NCBI GenBank assembly: GCA_965203325.1
Contig: OZ241875.1
Coordinates: 2,816,001-2,880,000, forward strand
Reading direction: 5' to 3'
Length of the DNA stretch: 64,000 bases
Origin: a bacterium
GTDB taxonomy: Bacteria > UBA8248
Position 1 is the stretch's first letter, and every line of letters begins with the position of its first letter. Both the position numbers and the translations under genes were made by a program. Shown here piece by piece: positions 36,373 to 45,594 of this stretch. The notes under the pieces were generated by a model. It saw only the letters and a program-made list of their open reading frames with translations. It was not told the origin of the DNA and ran no database searches.

Positions 36373-36388
36373 TGGCACGCATTTTGCT
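36373..36388 (+). promoter_or_regulatory. Sigma54 (-24/-12) promoter
   Basis: TGGCACG-CATT-TTGCT, exact consensus, in an AT-rich intergenic region 57 bp before ATG 36446. Confidence 0.85.
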
Positions 36389-36445
36389 TAGAATATAGAT
36401 AAGTAGTTTCCTGAGTACCGCAGTATGAGGGAAAGGAGGCGCGAG

Positions 36446-36646
36446 ATGGAATTTCTCAAGATGTACGCAGTGGCGGGGCTTCCGGTTTTCTTCGCATTCG
36501 CCGCGATTTGGTGGTTCATGACCTCCAGCATCATCCATCAGCCTCCGGCGAAAACAGCACAGACGAAAGACGCCAGGATAGCCTTGGTCGAAACGAAACT
36601 GCTGGACGCCATTGACCCCCAATTGGAATTGCGGAAAGCCGCCTAG
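36446..36646 (+). CDS. Small single-TM hypothetical protein (66 aa)
   Basis: AAAGGAGG RBS, N-terminal hydrophobic helix, first gene after the sigma54 promoter. Confidence 0.65.
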   Translation: MEFLKMYAVAGLPVFFAFAAIWWFMTSSIIHQPPAKTAQTKDARIALVETKLLDAIDPQLELRKAA

Positions 36647-36683
36647 AAACATGGCTCAGGAATTCGGGAAACGGAGAGAAACG

Positions 36684-37154
36684 ATGTATGAGCGGATACT
36701 GATTCCACTGGACGGTTCGGAAGAGGCGGAAGCCGCCGCCCATGAGGTGGTTCACCTCTCGATGAACCCGCAAGTCGTTCATCTGCAATTGGTGGAAAAC
36801 GGCGTCATGCAGTCGAGGCAGCTGGAAGGCTACACGATGTACGCCGATCAGATTCACGATGCGCGCAAGCGCTCGGGCGAGGCGTATCTGCAGCCCTTGC
36901 GTCGCAAGCTGGAAGCCAGGGGCCTGCGCGTCGAGGTTTCGGTGACGAGCGGCGACCCCTTGGGTGAGGTGATCGAGAGAGCCGGGAAATTGGACGCCGA
37001 CCTCGTTCTCCTCGGCGCCGGAGAGGGCGGATGGCTGAGGCGGCGCATCGGATTGGCGCACATCGCCCCGCATCTCGCGAAGAAGGTGAAAGCCCACGTC
37101 CTGCTGGTTCAGGGGCTGTTGAAATCCGAAAAGGCTCTCCAGAGAGCCGCATAG
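36684..37154 (+). CDS. Universal stress protein
   Basis: MYERILIPLDGS, GDP, ADLVLLGA, HVLLV. Confidence 0.88.
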   Translation: MYERILIPLDGSEEAEAAAHEVVHLSMNPQVVHLQLVENGVMQSRQLEGYTMYADQIHDARKRSGEAYLQPLRRKLEARGLRVEVSVTSGDPLGEVIERAGKLDADLVLLGAGEGGWLRRRIGLAHIAPHLAKKVKAHVLLVQGLLKSEKALQRAA

Positions 37155-37335
37155 AAAATCCTGCCGTGGCCCAACCACTGGGCCGCGCCCCACATACCTC
37201 CCCCTCGGTGGCCCGCGCCATCCGGCAAGGGGCCGCCGGGAGGGGAATCCTCACTTTCCATTTTAGAGTCGTTCCGAAGCCGGCGCCCGGATGGTAGAAT
37301 TTCGCCTCGTCCATGATTCGCGCGAGGAGTGAGCA

Positions 37336-38232
37336 TTGAGAATCGGAATCCTGTGTCGCGATGCGACCCTACACGGCGTCCGGAGAATCTCGGAGACCGC
37401 CAGGCGCAGAAAACACCGGGTGCGCGTGCTGGATCCGTACCGCTTCCTGCTGAAGCTGGACGAGGGAGAGATATCGCTCGAATTCAGGGGCAAACCCTTC
37501 GCGGGTGCGGACGTATTTCTTCCGCGTCTGGGGGCGAACATCTCCGAGCATTCCCTGGCCCTCATCCGCCACTTGGAAGCCTCAGGCGCGCTGGTGATCA
37601 ACAACTCGCGCGCGATAGAGACGGCGCGGGACAAGCTCCGCACCCTACAGCTTCTGGCGCAAGAAGGACTTCCGGTGCCGAAGACGGCGTTCGCGCCGGA
37701 CCCGGCGTATCTTCGCGCGGCGCTCGAAAGCGTGGGCGGCGCGCCCGTCGTCATGAAACTCCCGCGCGGTACGCAGGGCAAGGGTGTCATGCGCGCCCAC
37801 GACGTCGAAGAAGCGCAGGCCATCTCCGAGGTGATGTGGAACTTACAGCGCGACGCCATCGTCCAGGAATACGTCGAAGAAGCCAGGAAGGGGGATTCGC
37901 GCGTCATCGTCGTGGGCGGCGAAATGGCGGCCGCCGTGAGAAGGCGCGCCTCGCGGGATGAGTTTCGCACGAATCTTCATCGCGGCGGTTCGGTCCGCAA
38001 AGTCACCCCTAACAGGCGAGTCTCCGAACTCGCCATCAGCGCCGCGAGGCTGTGCGGGCTCGAAATCGCGGGCGTCGACCTGCTGGAGACGAAAAGGGGG
38101 CCTCTGGTTCTGGAGGTGAACGCCGCTCCCGGCTTCGAAGGCGTGGAGCGCGCCGGCGGACCCGATGTGGCGCCCTTGATTATCGATCACGTCGAGCGGC
38201 GTTTTGAGGAGTGGAAGCAGAAAAAGGGGTGA
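37336..38232 (+). CDS. rimK: RimK family alpha-L-glutamate ligase (ATP-grasp)
   Basis: ARDKLRTLQLL, GTQGKGV, FRTNLHRGG, AGVDLL, VLEVNAAPG. Confidence 0.85.
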   Translation: MRIGILCRDATLHGVRRISETARRRKHRVRVLDPYRFLLKLDEGEISLEFRGKPFAGADVFLPRLGANISEHSLALIRHLEASGALVINNSRAIETARDKLRTLQLLAQEGLPVPKTAFAPDPAYLRAALESVGGAPVVMKLPRGTQGKGVMRAHDVEEAQAISEVMWNLQRDAIVQEYVEEARKGDSRVIVVGGEMAAAVRRRASRDEFRTNLHRGGSVRKVTPNRRVSELAISAARLCGLEIAGVDLLETKRGPLVLEVNAAPGFEGVERAGGPDVAPLIIDHVERRFEEWKQKKG

Positions 38233-38305
38233 TTCGTTTGCCGGTCTTTGCGCCCCGGCCTATAATCCACAACCGGTTTTCAAGAACTGATGAGGGAGAT
38301 TCGAA

Positions 38306-39619
38306 TTGAGCGACATCGACGCCATATGCCTTGCGGCGAGGAGCGCCGCGCTCGCGCTGGCGCCACTTACGAACGAGGTGCGGAACCGCGTCCTGGCCGC
38401 CATGGCGGATGCGATTGACGAAAACTCAGGAGCTATCCTGGATGCGAACGCACAAGACGTAACCGCTGCGGAACCGCTCGTGGCGAGCGGGGAGATGTCC
38501 GAGCCTTTGCTGAGACGTCTGGAACTCAGCGAGCGCAAGGTGGCGCAGATGGCGGACGGCGTGCGCGCCGTGGCCGCCCTGCCCGATCCGCTGGGCGTGG
38601 CGCGTATGGCGACGCTCCTCGATGAGGAGTTGACGCTCAGGCGGGTCACATGTCCTTTGGGCGTGATTGCCGCCGTGTTCGAATCCCGTCCCGACGCGCT
38701 GGTACAGATCGCCTCGCTTTGTCTCAAATCCGGCAACGCCGCCATCCTGAAAGGGGGGCGCGAGGCGACGCACACGAACCGCCTGATGACCGAGCTTATA
38801 AGAGACGCGGCGTCATCGACGGGCGAGGTTCCCGCCGACGCGCTGCAGCTCGTCGAGGCGCGTGAGGACGTGCAGGCTTTACTTGCGCGAGATGACGCGG
38901 TCGACCTGCTTATACCGCGCGGGAGCAACGAGTTCGTCCGCTACATCAAGGAGCACTCGAACATCCCGGTGCTCGGCCACGCGGACGGCATCTGTCATCT
39001 CTACGTGGACGAGGCGGCGGAGACGGAGATGGCCGTGCGCCTCACTTTCGACGCCAAGACGCAATACCCCGCCGTCTGCAACGCCATCGAGACGCTCCTG
39101 GTGCACGAGAAAAAAGCGGGCGAGTTCCTCCCGCGGGCCGCCGAGGCGCTTGCGGAGAAGGGAGTCGCCATCCGGGGCTGCGATGCCACGCGGGCGATTC
39201 TGGCGAGTGCGGGCGCGGCAACGGAGGAAGATTGGGAGACCGAATATCTGGACCTCATCCTCTCCGTCCGGGTGGTGGAATCCTTGGCCCAAGCCGTCGA
39301 TCACATCAACCGCTACGGCTCGCGCCACACCGACGCCATCGTGACAAAGGATGAGGCGGCGGCGCGGACGTTTCTCTCCAGAGTCGACGCCGCAAGCGTC
39401 ATGTGGAACGCCTCCACGCGCCTGGCGGACGGCTTCCGCTACGGCTTCGGCGCCGAGGTGGGCATCGCCACCGACAAGATCCACGCGCGCGGCCCCGTGG
39501 GTCTCGAAGGTTTGGTGACCTACAAATACCAGCTTGAGGGAAACGGCCACTTGGTCTCGGACTATGAGGGAGCCGATGCGCGCCCCTTCCTCCACTGCCC
39601 GATTCCCTTAAACGAATAG
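38306..39619 (+). CDS. proA: Gamma-glutamyl phosphate reductase
   Basis: FESRP, LKSGNAAILKGG, IPRGS, CNAIETLLVH, HARGPVGL. Confidence 0.96.
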   Translation: MSDIDAICLAARSAALALAPLTNEVRNRVLAAMADAIDENSGAILDANAQDVTAAEPLVASGEMSEPLLRRLELSERKVAQMADGVRAVAALPDPLGVARMATLLDEELTLRRVTCPLGVIAAVFESRPDALVQIASLCLKSGNAAILKGGREATHTNRLMTELIRDAASSTGEVPADALQLVEAREDVQALLARDDAVDLLIPRGSNEFVRYIKEHSNIPVLGHADGICHLYVDEAAETEMAVRLTFDAKTQYPAVCNAIETLLVHEKKAGEFLPRAAEALAEKGVAIRGCDATRAILASAGAATEEDWETEYLDLILSVRVVESLAQAVDHINRYGSRHTDAIVTKDEAAARTFLSRVDAASVMWNASTRLADGFRYGFGAEVGIATDKIHARGPVGLEGLVTYKYQLEGNGHLVSDYEGADARPFLHCPIPLNE

Positions 39620-39632
39620 AGTTCTCCTAAGT

Positions 39633-39956
39633 TTGGGCAAGTGGGTCGTCGCCTCGTTCCTCGTTCTGGGCGGTGCGCTCGTTGTCTTTTTATTCATCTT
39701 CCAGAATCCCAAACAAGAAGAAACGATTATCACCACGGGTGAAGGTGCTGCGGTCTACGCGCAAACCTGCGCCGCCTGCCACGGGGAGCGCGGCGAGGGC
39801 AGGCGTGAACTGGGAAACCCCCTGCGCGGCCGCGCGCTTCCTCTCGCCTATATCAAAGAGGTCATCCGGCGGGGCAGGAACAGGATGCCCGCCCTGCCCC
39901 ACATCCGGGGCGAGGCGCTCGAGAACGTGTCGAGATACGTGAATCGCCTGCCGTGA
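39633..39956 (+). CDS. Membrane-anchored monoheme cytochrome c
   Basis: N-terminal TM, CAACHG, distal MP. Confidence 0.85.
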   Translation: MGKWVVASFLVLGGALVVFLFIFQNPKQEETIITTGEGAAVYAQTCAACHGERGEGRRELGNPLRGRALPLAYIKEVIRRGRNRMPALPHIRGEALENVSRYVNRLP

Positions 39957-39985
39957 TTTCGAGGTGCTGGCTTTTTCTCTCGCCT

Positions 39986-40765
39986 TTATCCCTCGCTTCG
40001 CTCGGCGGTCCTCACCGCGAAAGTGAAGCAGACGCCGCTGAAGATGATCATGATGAGGAGGGAGAGCCAGAGCCCCGGCAGGTTGGCCACGGCGTCCGGC
40101 GCGCTCAGGTAGAGCGTTCTCCTTAGAGCCGCCACGCCGTAGGTGAGCGGGTTCACCTGCATGACGAGGCCGATGAGCGGGTGCGCCCCCGCGACCGGGA
40201 ACACCGCGCCCGAGAGCAGCCACAAGGGGATGAGCAGGAGGTTCATGATGGAGTGGAACCCCTGGGTGGATTCGATCCGCCAGGCCAGCAGCAGGCCGAG
40301 CGCGGTGAGCGCGAAGCCGATCAGGCCCATCACCAGCACCGAGGCGAGGGCGGCCTCCAAATTGAGCGGTACGCCCGCCAGGGGCGTGGCGATGAGCAGG
40401 AGGACGCCTTGCAGCAGCGCGAGCGTCGCCCCGCCCATCACTTGCCCCAGCACGATGGCCGAACGCGGAACGGGGGCTGCGAGCACGCCCTGTAAGAAGC
40501 GCGCTTTTCTGTCGTCCACCACGGCGAATGTCGAGAAGATGGCCGTGAAGAGCACCACCATGGCGATGATGCCCGGATAGAAGTATTCGAGATAGCCCTC
40601 TCCCCCTCCGCCCGCGTAGCGGAAGTTCCGCCCGAAGCCGCTGCCCAGCAGGAGCCAGAACAGGATGGGCTGGCCGAACGCGCCGATGATGCGGCTGCGC
40701 TGGCGCACGAAGCGCACGATCTCGCGCTGCCAGATCGTCCCCATGCAAAGGAGATAGGGCGTCAT
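39986..40765 (-). CDS. ABC-2 type transporter permease
   Basis: Six hydrophobic segments, LSGAVFP, NPLTYGV. Confidence 0.9.
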   Translation of the reverse strand: MTPYLLCMGTIWQREIVRFVRQRSRIIGAFGQPILFWLLLGSGFGRNFRYAGGGGEGYLEYFYPGIIAMVVLFTAIFSTFAVVDDRKARFLQGVLAAPVPRSAIVLGQVMGGATLALLQGVLLLIATPLAGVPLNLEAALASVLVMGLIGFALTALGLLLAWRIESTQGFHSIMNLLLIPLWLLSGAVFPVAGAHPLIGLVMQVNPLTYGVAALRRTLYLSAPDAVANLPGLWLSLLIMIIFSGVCFTFAVRTAERSEG

Positions 40766-41727
40766 GATTTCTGCGCCTCGGGGAGGTCTTCGTCCGCGTC
40801 GATGAAGCGCTTGCCCGTCTTGTTGATGAACACATCCTCGAGCGTGGGCTTGCCCAGCGTAATGGAGCGCACCTTGCCGGGAAACGCCTCTGCGATTTTG
40901 GGTATGGCCGCGTGGGCGTCGCTCATCTCGGCGCGTAGGGAACCGTCCACACTCTTCACCTCACACGCGAACATCTCCTCCAGCTTCGCGCGCAGGGATT
41001 CGGGGTCTCCCGCCTCGATGGTGAGCACCTCGCCGCCCACTTCTTTTTTGAGCGCATCGGGCGCGCCGATGGCGACGAGGTCCCCCTCGTGGATGACGCC
41101 GACGCGATCCGCATGGTCGGCTTCTTCGATGAAGTGCGTGGTGAGCACGACCGTTGTGTTCGTCTCGCTTCTCAGGCGCTTGAGTTCGTTTCTGAAATCG
41201 ATTCTGGCGCCGGGGTCGAGGCCCGTGCTGGGTTCATCGAGAAACAATATCTCGGGCCGGGGCAGGAGCGCCTTGGCGAGCTCCACCCTGCGTTGAAGCC
41301 CGCCCGAGAGGGTTTCGACATAATCCTTTTTCCTGTCGCTGATTCCGAATTGCGCGAGGAGCGCGTCGGCTGCGTTTCGCAGGGTGCTCCCGAGCATCCC
41401 GTGCAGCCTCCCGTGGTGGATCATGTTCTCGAACACGGTTAGCTTGGGGTCCAGGCCGGGCTGCTGAAAGACGACGCCGATTTTCCTGCGCACCGCATGG
41501 GGCGCATCGCGCACCGAATGGCCGAATACCTGCGCGTCGCCCGCGGTCGGGCGCATGAGGGTGGTGATGATGCGGAACAGGGTGGTCTTGCCGCCTCCGT
41601 TCGGGCCCAGGAGCGCGAATATCTCGCCCTCTGAAACCTCGAAGCACACATCCTTGAGCGCGACGCGGCTTCCGTAGCGGTGGGTGACGCCTTGGACGTC
41701 CAGGGCGGGTCCGAGGTCTGAGTTCAA
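40762..41727 (-). CDS. ABC transporter ATP-binding protein (DrrA-like)
   Basis: GPNGGGKT, LSGG, LDEPSTGLDP, TLEDVF. Confidence 0.93.
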   Translation of the reverse strand: MNSDLGPALDVQGVTHRYGSRVALKDVCFEVSEGEIFALLGPNGGGKTTLFRIITTLMRPTAGDAQVFGHSVRDAPHAVRRKIGVVFQQPGLDPKLTVFENMIHHGRLHGMLGSTLRNAADALLAQFGISDRKKDYVETLSGGLQRRVELAKALLPRPEILFLDEPSTGLDPGARIDFRNELKRLRSETNTTVVLTTHFIEEADHADRVGVIHEGDLVAIGAPDALKKEVGGEVLTIEAGDPESLRAKLEEMFACEVKSVDGSLRAEMSDAHAAIPKIAEAFPGKVRSITLGKPTLEDVFINKTGKRFIDADEDLPEAQKS

Positions 41728-41732
41728 TTCAA

Positions 41733-42101
41733 TCAGTCCCCATCATCTTCGGGTGAGAGTTTCCGGTTGAAAAAGTAATCCGCGTTCAGCCAGATGGCGC
41801 GGGAGTAGCGAAACGAGAATAGCGGAATCAGGATGCAAAGCCCACCCCAGACGATGAGTTGCGCCGCGAGACCCGGCGCCAGGAAGATTTCGGTGAGCAG
41901 ATAACCGCCCAGGCAGATGATGACCGTGATGGCGTAGTTGATGTAGATGGCGCCGACGAAATAGCCCTGCTCGCGCTCGATGAGATAGCCGCAGCCCGGG
42001 CACCTCTCGTGCATGCGAAAAGGACCCGTGAAGAGGGGTTCAGGACATCTCGGGCACATCAGGGCGCACCCGCGTCTCAGGGCGCGCAGGAGTTCTTTCA
42101 T
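41733..42101 (-). CDS. DUF983-like membrane protein with two CxxC motifs
   Basis: CPRC, CPGCG, REQGYFVGAIY, two TM helices; ATGA overlap with upstream gene. Confidence 0.75.
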   Translation of the reverse strand: MKELLRALRRGCALMCPRCPEPLFTGPFRMHERCPGCGYLIEREQGYFVGAIYINYAITVIICLGGYLLTEIFLAPGLAAQLIVWGGLCILIPLFSFRYSRAIWLNADYFFNRKLSPEDDGD

Positions 42102-42523
42102 GCCCTCGGGTAGAGAACGTAGAGGAGCAGGTAGACCATGACGCCCGTCCAGGAAACGTAGAGCCAGATGGGGTAGGTCCAGCGGGCGATGCGGCGGTGG
42201 CGCTCGAAATCCCCCCGCCACGCCCGGTAAAGGGTGATGATCGCCATGGGCGGCACGAGGACGGCCAGGGCCGAATGCGTGATGAGGATGAAGAAATACA
42301 CCTTGCGGATCCAGCCCTCGCCGGTGAAGCCGACCGAGCCTACGTTGAAATGATAGATGAGATAGGAGATGAGGAACAAAGTGGAGACCGCGAACGCGCT
42401 CACCATCAGGCGTTTATGGACTTCCACGTTCTTGGCGTAGATTTGCCGCACCCCCGCCATGAGCAGGACCGCGCTCGTGGTGTTCAACAAGGCGTTCAGG
42501 GTGGGCAGATCTCGAAGCGACAT
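42098..42523 (-). CDS. DUF420 (CtaM-like) oxidase assembly membrane protein
   Basis: LPTLNALLN, HKRLM, FLISYLIYH, HRRIAR, PIWLYVS.TGV.VY. Confidence 0.88.
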   Translation of the reverse strand: MSLRDLPTLNALLNTTSAVLLMAGVRQIYAKNVEVHKRLMVSAFAVSTLFLISYLIYHFNVGSVGFTGEGWIRKVYFFILITHSALAVLVPPMAIITLYRAWRGDFERHRRIARWTYPIWLYVSWTGVMVYLLLYVLYPRA

Positions 42524-42569
42524 GAGTTTCGTGTTTTTTTAGGAACGTCTGGCGGCGAGCAGGAACGGC

Positions 42570-42866
42570 CTAGAAATCCGGCAGCACCATCAGCACGACG
42601 AACACGCACAGCACGAGCGGAATCATGGCGATGAAGCCCAGCGTCAGCTTCTCGAACTTCAGGTGCATGAAGTAGAGCCCCACGAGCGCCGCCTTGGCAA
42701 CGGCCATGATGACGAGGAGCGCGCCCTTCAGGAGTTGCGGATAGGCGGGGCTCGCCTCGGGTATGCCGGCCAGAACCTCGAGAATCGTGAGCGCCAGGAG
42801 CCACCAGAAGATGGCCATGTAGTTCACGTGATGGTCGTCGTGTTGCGCGTGGCTTTCACTTGCCAT
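42570..42866 (-). CDS. Cytochrome c oxidase subunit IV
   Basis: LTILEV, KAALVGLYFMHLKFE. Confidence 0.88.
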   Translation of the reverse strand: MASESHAQHDDHHVNYMAIFWWLLALTILEVLAGIPEASPAYPQLLKGALLVIMAVAKAALVGLYFMHLKFEKLTLGFIAMIPLVLCVFVVLMVLPDF

Positions 42867-42923
42867 GATGTATGTGCTCTCCCTCGAACGAACCGGGCGC
42901 GCCGGGGGGCGCGCCCGAGATGG

Positions 42924-43547
42924 TTACAACAGATAGATGAACGTGAACACGAGGATCCAGACGAGGTCCACGAAGTGCCAGTAGAGGCCCGCGATTTCCA
43001 CCTCGTTCCAGTTCGTTGCCGAATAGACGCCCTTTTTGCCGCGAATCGCGATGACGGCCAGATAGATGACGCCGCCGGTCACGTGCATGCCGTGGAAGCC
43101 CGTGATGATATAGAAGGTGGTGCCGAAGAGGCTGTCGCCCCACTTGTTGGCGGCGAGGCCCAGTCCCACGTTGATCAGGTGGGTCCACTCATAGGCCTGC
43201 AATGCCAGGAAGATAAGGCCGCCGCCTACGGTGAGCCACATGTACTTGACCAGTCCGTCCTGGTCGCCTCTCTTGATGGCGTCCAGGCCCTTCACCATCG
43301 TCACGCTGCTGCATATGAGCAGGAACGTCATGAACGCGGTGAGCGAGATACCCAGCACCTCGGTGGGGTTCGGCCAGTTCGCGCTGTTGCCCCGCATGAT
43401 GGCGTAACCCGCCAGCAAGGTTCCGAACGACATGGCGTCGCCCGCCAGAAATACCCACATCCCCAGCTTGCCCCAGCTTTCTGGGGTAAGCGGCGTTTCC
43501 GCTGGTTCCACTCCGTGGGCGTGATCCACGGCGGCGGCTTCACTCAC
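42924..43547 (-). CDS. ctaE: Cytochrome c oxidase subunit III
   Basis: KLGMWVFL, TGFHGMHV, GLYWHFVDLVW. Confidence 0.92.
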   Translation of the reverse strand: MSEAAAVDHAHGVEPAETPLTPESWGKLGMWVFLAGDAMSFGTLLAGYAIMRGNSANWPNPTEVLGISLTAFMTFLLICSSVTMVKGLDAIKRGDQDGLVKYMWLTVGGGLIFLALQAYEWTHLINVGLGLAANKWGDSLFGTTFYIITGFHGMHVTGGVIYLAVIAIRGKKGVYSATNWNEVEIAGLYWHFVDLVWILVFTFIYLL

Positions 43548-43562
43548 TTCGCCTTCTCCTTC

Positions 43563-43799
43563 TCAATCAGTAAAAATGCCTTTGTTCACCGGCCCTTTTT
43601 TCGCGCGCCGGGAATTGTATACGAAATAACCGCCCGTCACCGTGGCGATCACGAACGGCATGCTGATCAGAAAACCCATGCTCCAGAGAAAACCGGGCTC
43701 GCTGTCCACCCCGCACACCGCGCAGGCGAAGGCGTAGTCCTGGACAGACAGGACGAGGCCCAAAGCTGTGGCGATGAGAACGGCAACGACTGGTTTCAC
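43563..43799 (-). CDS. Small exported/membrane protein with ACAVC motif
   Basis: AAGGAG RBS before GTG 43799; signal-like helix, AFA|CAVC, second TM; inside the cox operon. Confidence 0.65.
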   Translation of the reverse strand: MKPVVAVLIATALGLVLSVQDYAFACAVCGVDSEPGFLWSMGFLISMPFVIATVTGGYFVYNSRRAKKGPVNKGIFTD

Positions 43800-43870
43800 C
43801 TGAATCTCCTTGGAGCGAGTATGCCACCCGCTTCGCGAAAGTGTCAACGTTTCAAGCCTTTCCTGCGTCA

Positions 43871-44569
43871 TCAGAGCAGGTAGACCAGATAGAACAGAAT
43901 CGGCCAAAGCCCCACTACGAGATGCCAGTACATCGCGCATGCGACTACCCCGTTGGGATTGCGGGCGGAGTATTTTCCCATATGCGCGCGAACGAGAACA
44001 GCGACCAGCCAGACGACCGCGCTCAACACGTGAAACCCGTGCGTTCCGATGATGGAGTAGAAGAGCGAGCCGTACACGTTCGCCGAAGCGGTGAGCCCGA
44101 AGCTGACCAGCCGCACCCATTCATATCCCTGGATGGCGAGGAAGACGACGCCCAGAACGCCGGTGACCGTGAGCAGGCGCGGCAGGACCTTCGCGTCGCC
44201 TCTTTTGAGCGCAAGCTGCGCGCGGACCATCGTGTAGCTGCTCAGCAGCAGGAGGGCCGTGTTGACGGCGGTCACTTCCACCGGCAGGCGTGGCTGAAAG
44301 GGCGGCGGCCAGGGTTTCCCGCTGAAGCGGAAGACCAGGAAGGCCCCAATCAGGCCCGAGAAGAACATGATTTCGGCCGCGATCAGGACCAGCATGGCGA
44401 GTTGGGTGTTTCCGATCAAAGGTTTTCCGGAGGGTGAAGATTCCCGGGAATCGTCTCCGTTTCCCGCTCCCCCGTTGTCATCGGGTGGTTCGGGCGGAGG
44501 CGGAGGTGGCGGCGCGCCTTCCCATCGCTCCAGTTTTTCTTTCGGCGGCGCTTCGAGTACCGGATTCAA
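43871..44569 (-). CDS. Cytochrome c oxidase subunit III (second, Pro-rich N-terminus)
   Basis: AEIMFFSGL, NTALLLLSS, GTHGFHV, MYWHLV. Confidence 0.9.
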   Translation of the reverse strand: MNPVLEAPPKEKLERWEGAPPPPPPPEPPDDNGGAGNGDDSRESSPSGKPLIGNTQLAMLVLIAAEIMFFSGLIGAFLVFRFSGKPWPPPFQPRLPVEVTAVNTALLLLSSYTMVRAQLALKRGDAKVLPRLLTVTGVLGVVFLAIQGYEWVRLVSFGLTASANVYGSLFYSIIGTHGFHVLSAVVWLVAVLVRAHMGKYSARNPNGVVACAMYWHLVVGLWPILFYLVYLL

Positions 44570-44584
44570 CGAATCTCCTCCCGC

Positions 44585-44707
44585 CTAGTTCTTGATGATG
44601 GCTACTGTCCACGCGAAGGCGGCCAGGCACACGATGAAGAGAAACAGCAAAACCCCGGTAAGTCGGATTTTGTTCTTCTTATGTGTCTTGTCCATCGTTT
44701 CGTTCAT
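44585..44707 (-). CDS. 40-aa single-TM peptide inside the cox operon
   Basis: MNETMDKTHKKNKIRLTGVLLFLFIVCLAAFAWTVAIIKN; ATG overlaps the ctaB stop (ATGA). Confidence 0.55.
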   Translation of the reverse strand: MNETMDKTHKKNKIRLTGVLLFLFIVCLAAFAWTVAIIKN

Positions 44708-45594
44708 CCGAAAATCATGGCCAGCAAGAGAGCCGGCAGATACACCAGCGAGTAGTAGAACAGACGCCTCGCGGATGCGGGGCCTTTTTCTCTGGCCATG
44801 TGAACGCCATACCCCAGGTAGATGAACCCCAGGATAGTAGAGAGAGCGAAATAAAGGGGACCCGCCATGCCGATGAGTGCCGGGGCCATGCCGGCGGGAA
44901 TGAGCGCCAGGCAATAGGAGACGACCTGTCTGCCCGTGCTCGCGCCGCCGGGGTCCTCGACGGGCAGAAGCTTGATGTCGGCTCTCGCGAAATCCTCGCG
45001 GTACATCACGGCGATCGCCAGCGCGTGGGGAATCTGCCAGAGGAACATGATGCAGAACACCACGAACGCCTCGATCGAGAGCGCGCCCGTAGCCGCCGCC
45101 CAGCCGATGACCGGCGGCATGGCGCCCGGAATCGCGCCCACCACGCTGTTCAGCGAGGTCGTGCGCTTGAGCGGTGTATACAGGAACAGGTAAAGCCCAC
45201 CGGTGGCCGCGATGAGAAGCGCCGTAAACGGGTTCACGAAAACGGCGAGATAGGCCACGCCCGAAAGCATGACGGCGGAGCCGAACAGGAGCGCATCGAA
45301 CTTCAGAAGACGGCCATCGGGCAGCGGGCGTTTTTGCGTGCGGATCATCCGCGCGTCCAGGTCTTCTTCGGATGCCTGGTTGAGCGCCAGCGCGCCGCCC
45401 GTCGCAAGGGCCGAGCCGATGAGCGTGTGCATGAGCAGGAAAATATCGAGGCCAGCGCCCGAGGCGAGGTAGAAGCCCGCCGCGGTGACGACGAGCACCA
45501 TCGGCAGAATGCGCGGTTTCGTGAGTTCCAGGTAATCCACCGCTCTTCGCTTGGCGGCGTCGATGTTCATCGCATCCGTGCGAAGATTCGTCAT
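44704..45594 (-). CDS. ctaB: Protoheme IX farnesyltransferase (heme O synthase)
   Basis: ELTKPRI, DARMIRTQKRPLP, YTPLKR, GAIPGAMPPVIGW, WQIPH. Confidence 0.95.
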   Translation of the reverse strand: MTNLRTDAMNIDAAKRRAVDYLELTKPRILPMVLVVTAAGFYLASGAGLDIFLLMHTLIGSALATGGALALNQASEEDLDARMIRTQKRPLPDGRLLKFDALLFGSAVMLSGVAYLAVFVNPFTALLIAATGGLYLFLYTPLKRTTSLNSVVGAIPGAMPPVIGWAAATGALSIEAFVVFCIMFLWQIPHALAIAVMYREDFARADIKLLPVEDPGGASTGRQVVSYCLALIPAGMAPALIGMAGPLYFALSTILGFIYLGYGVHMAREKGPASARRLFYYSLVYLPALLLAMIFG

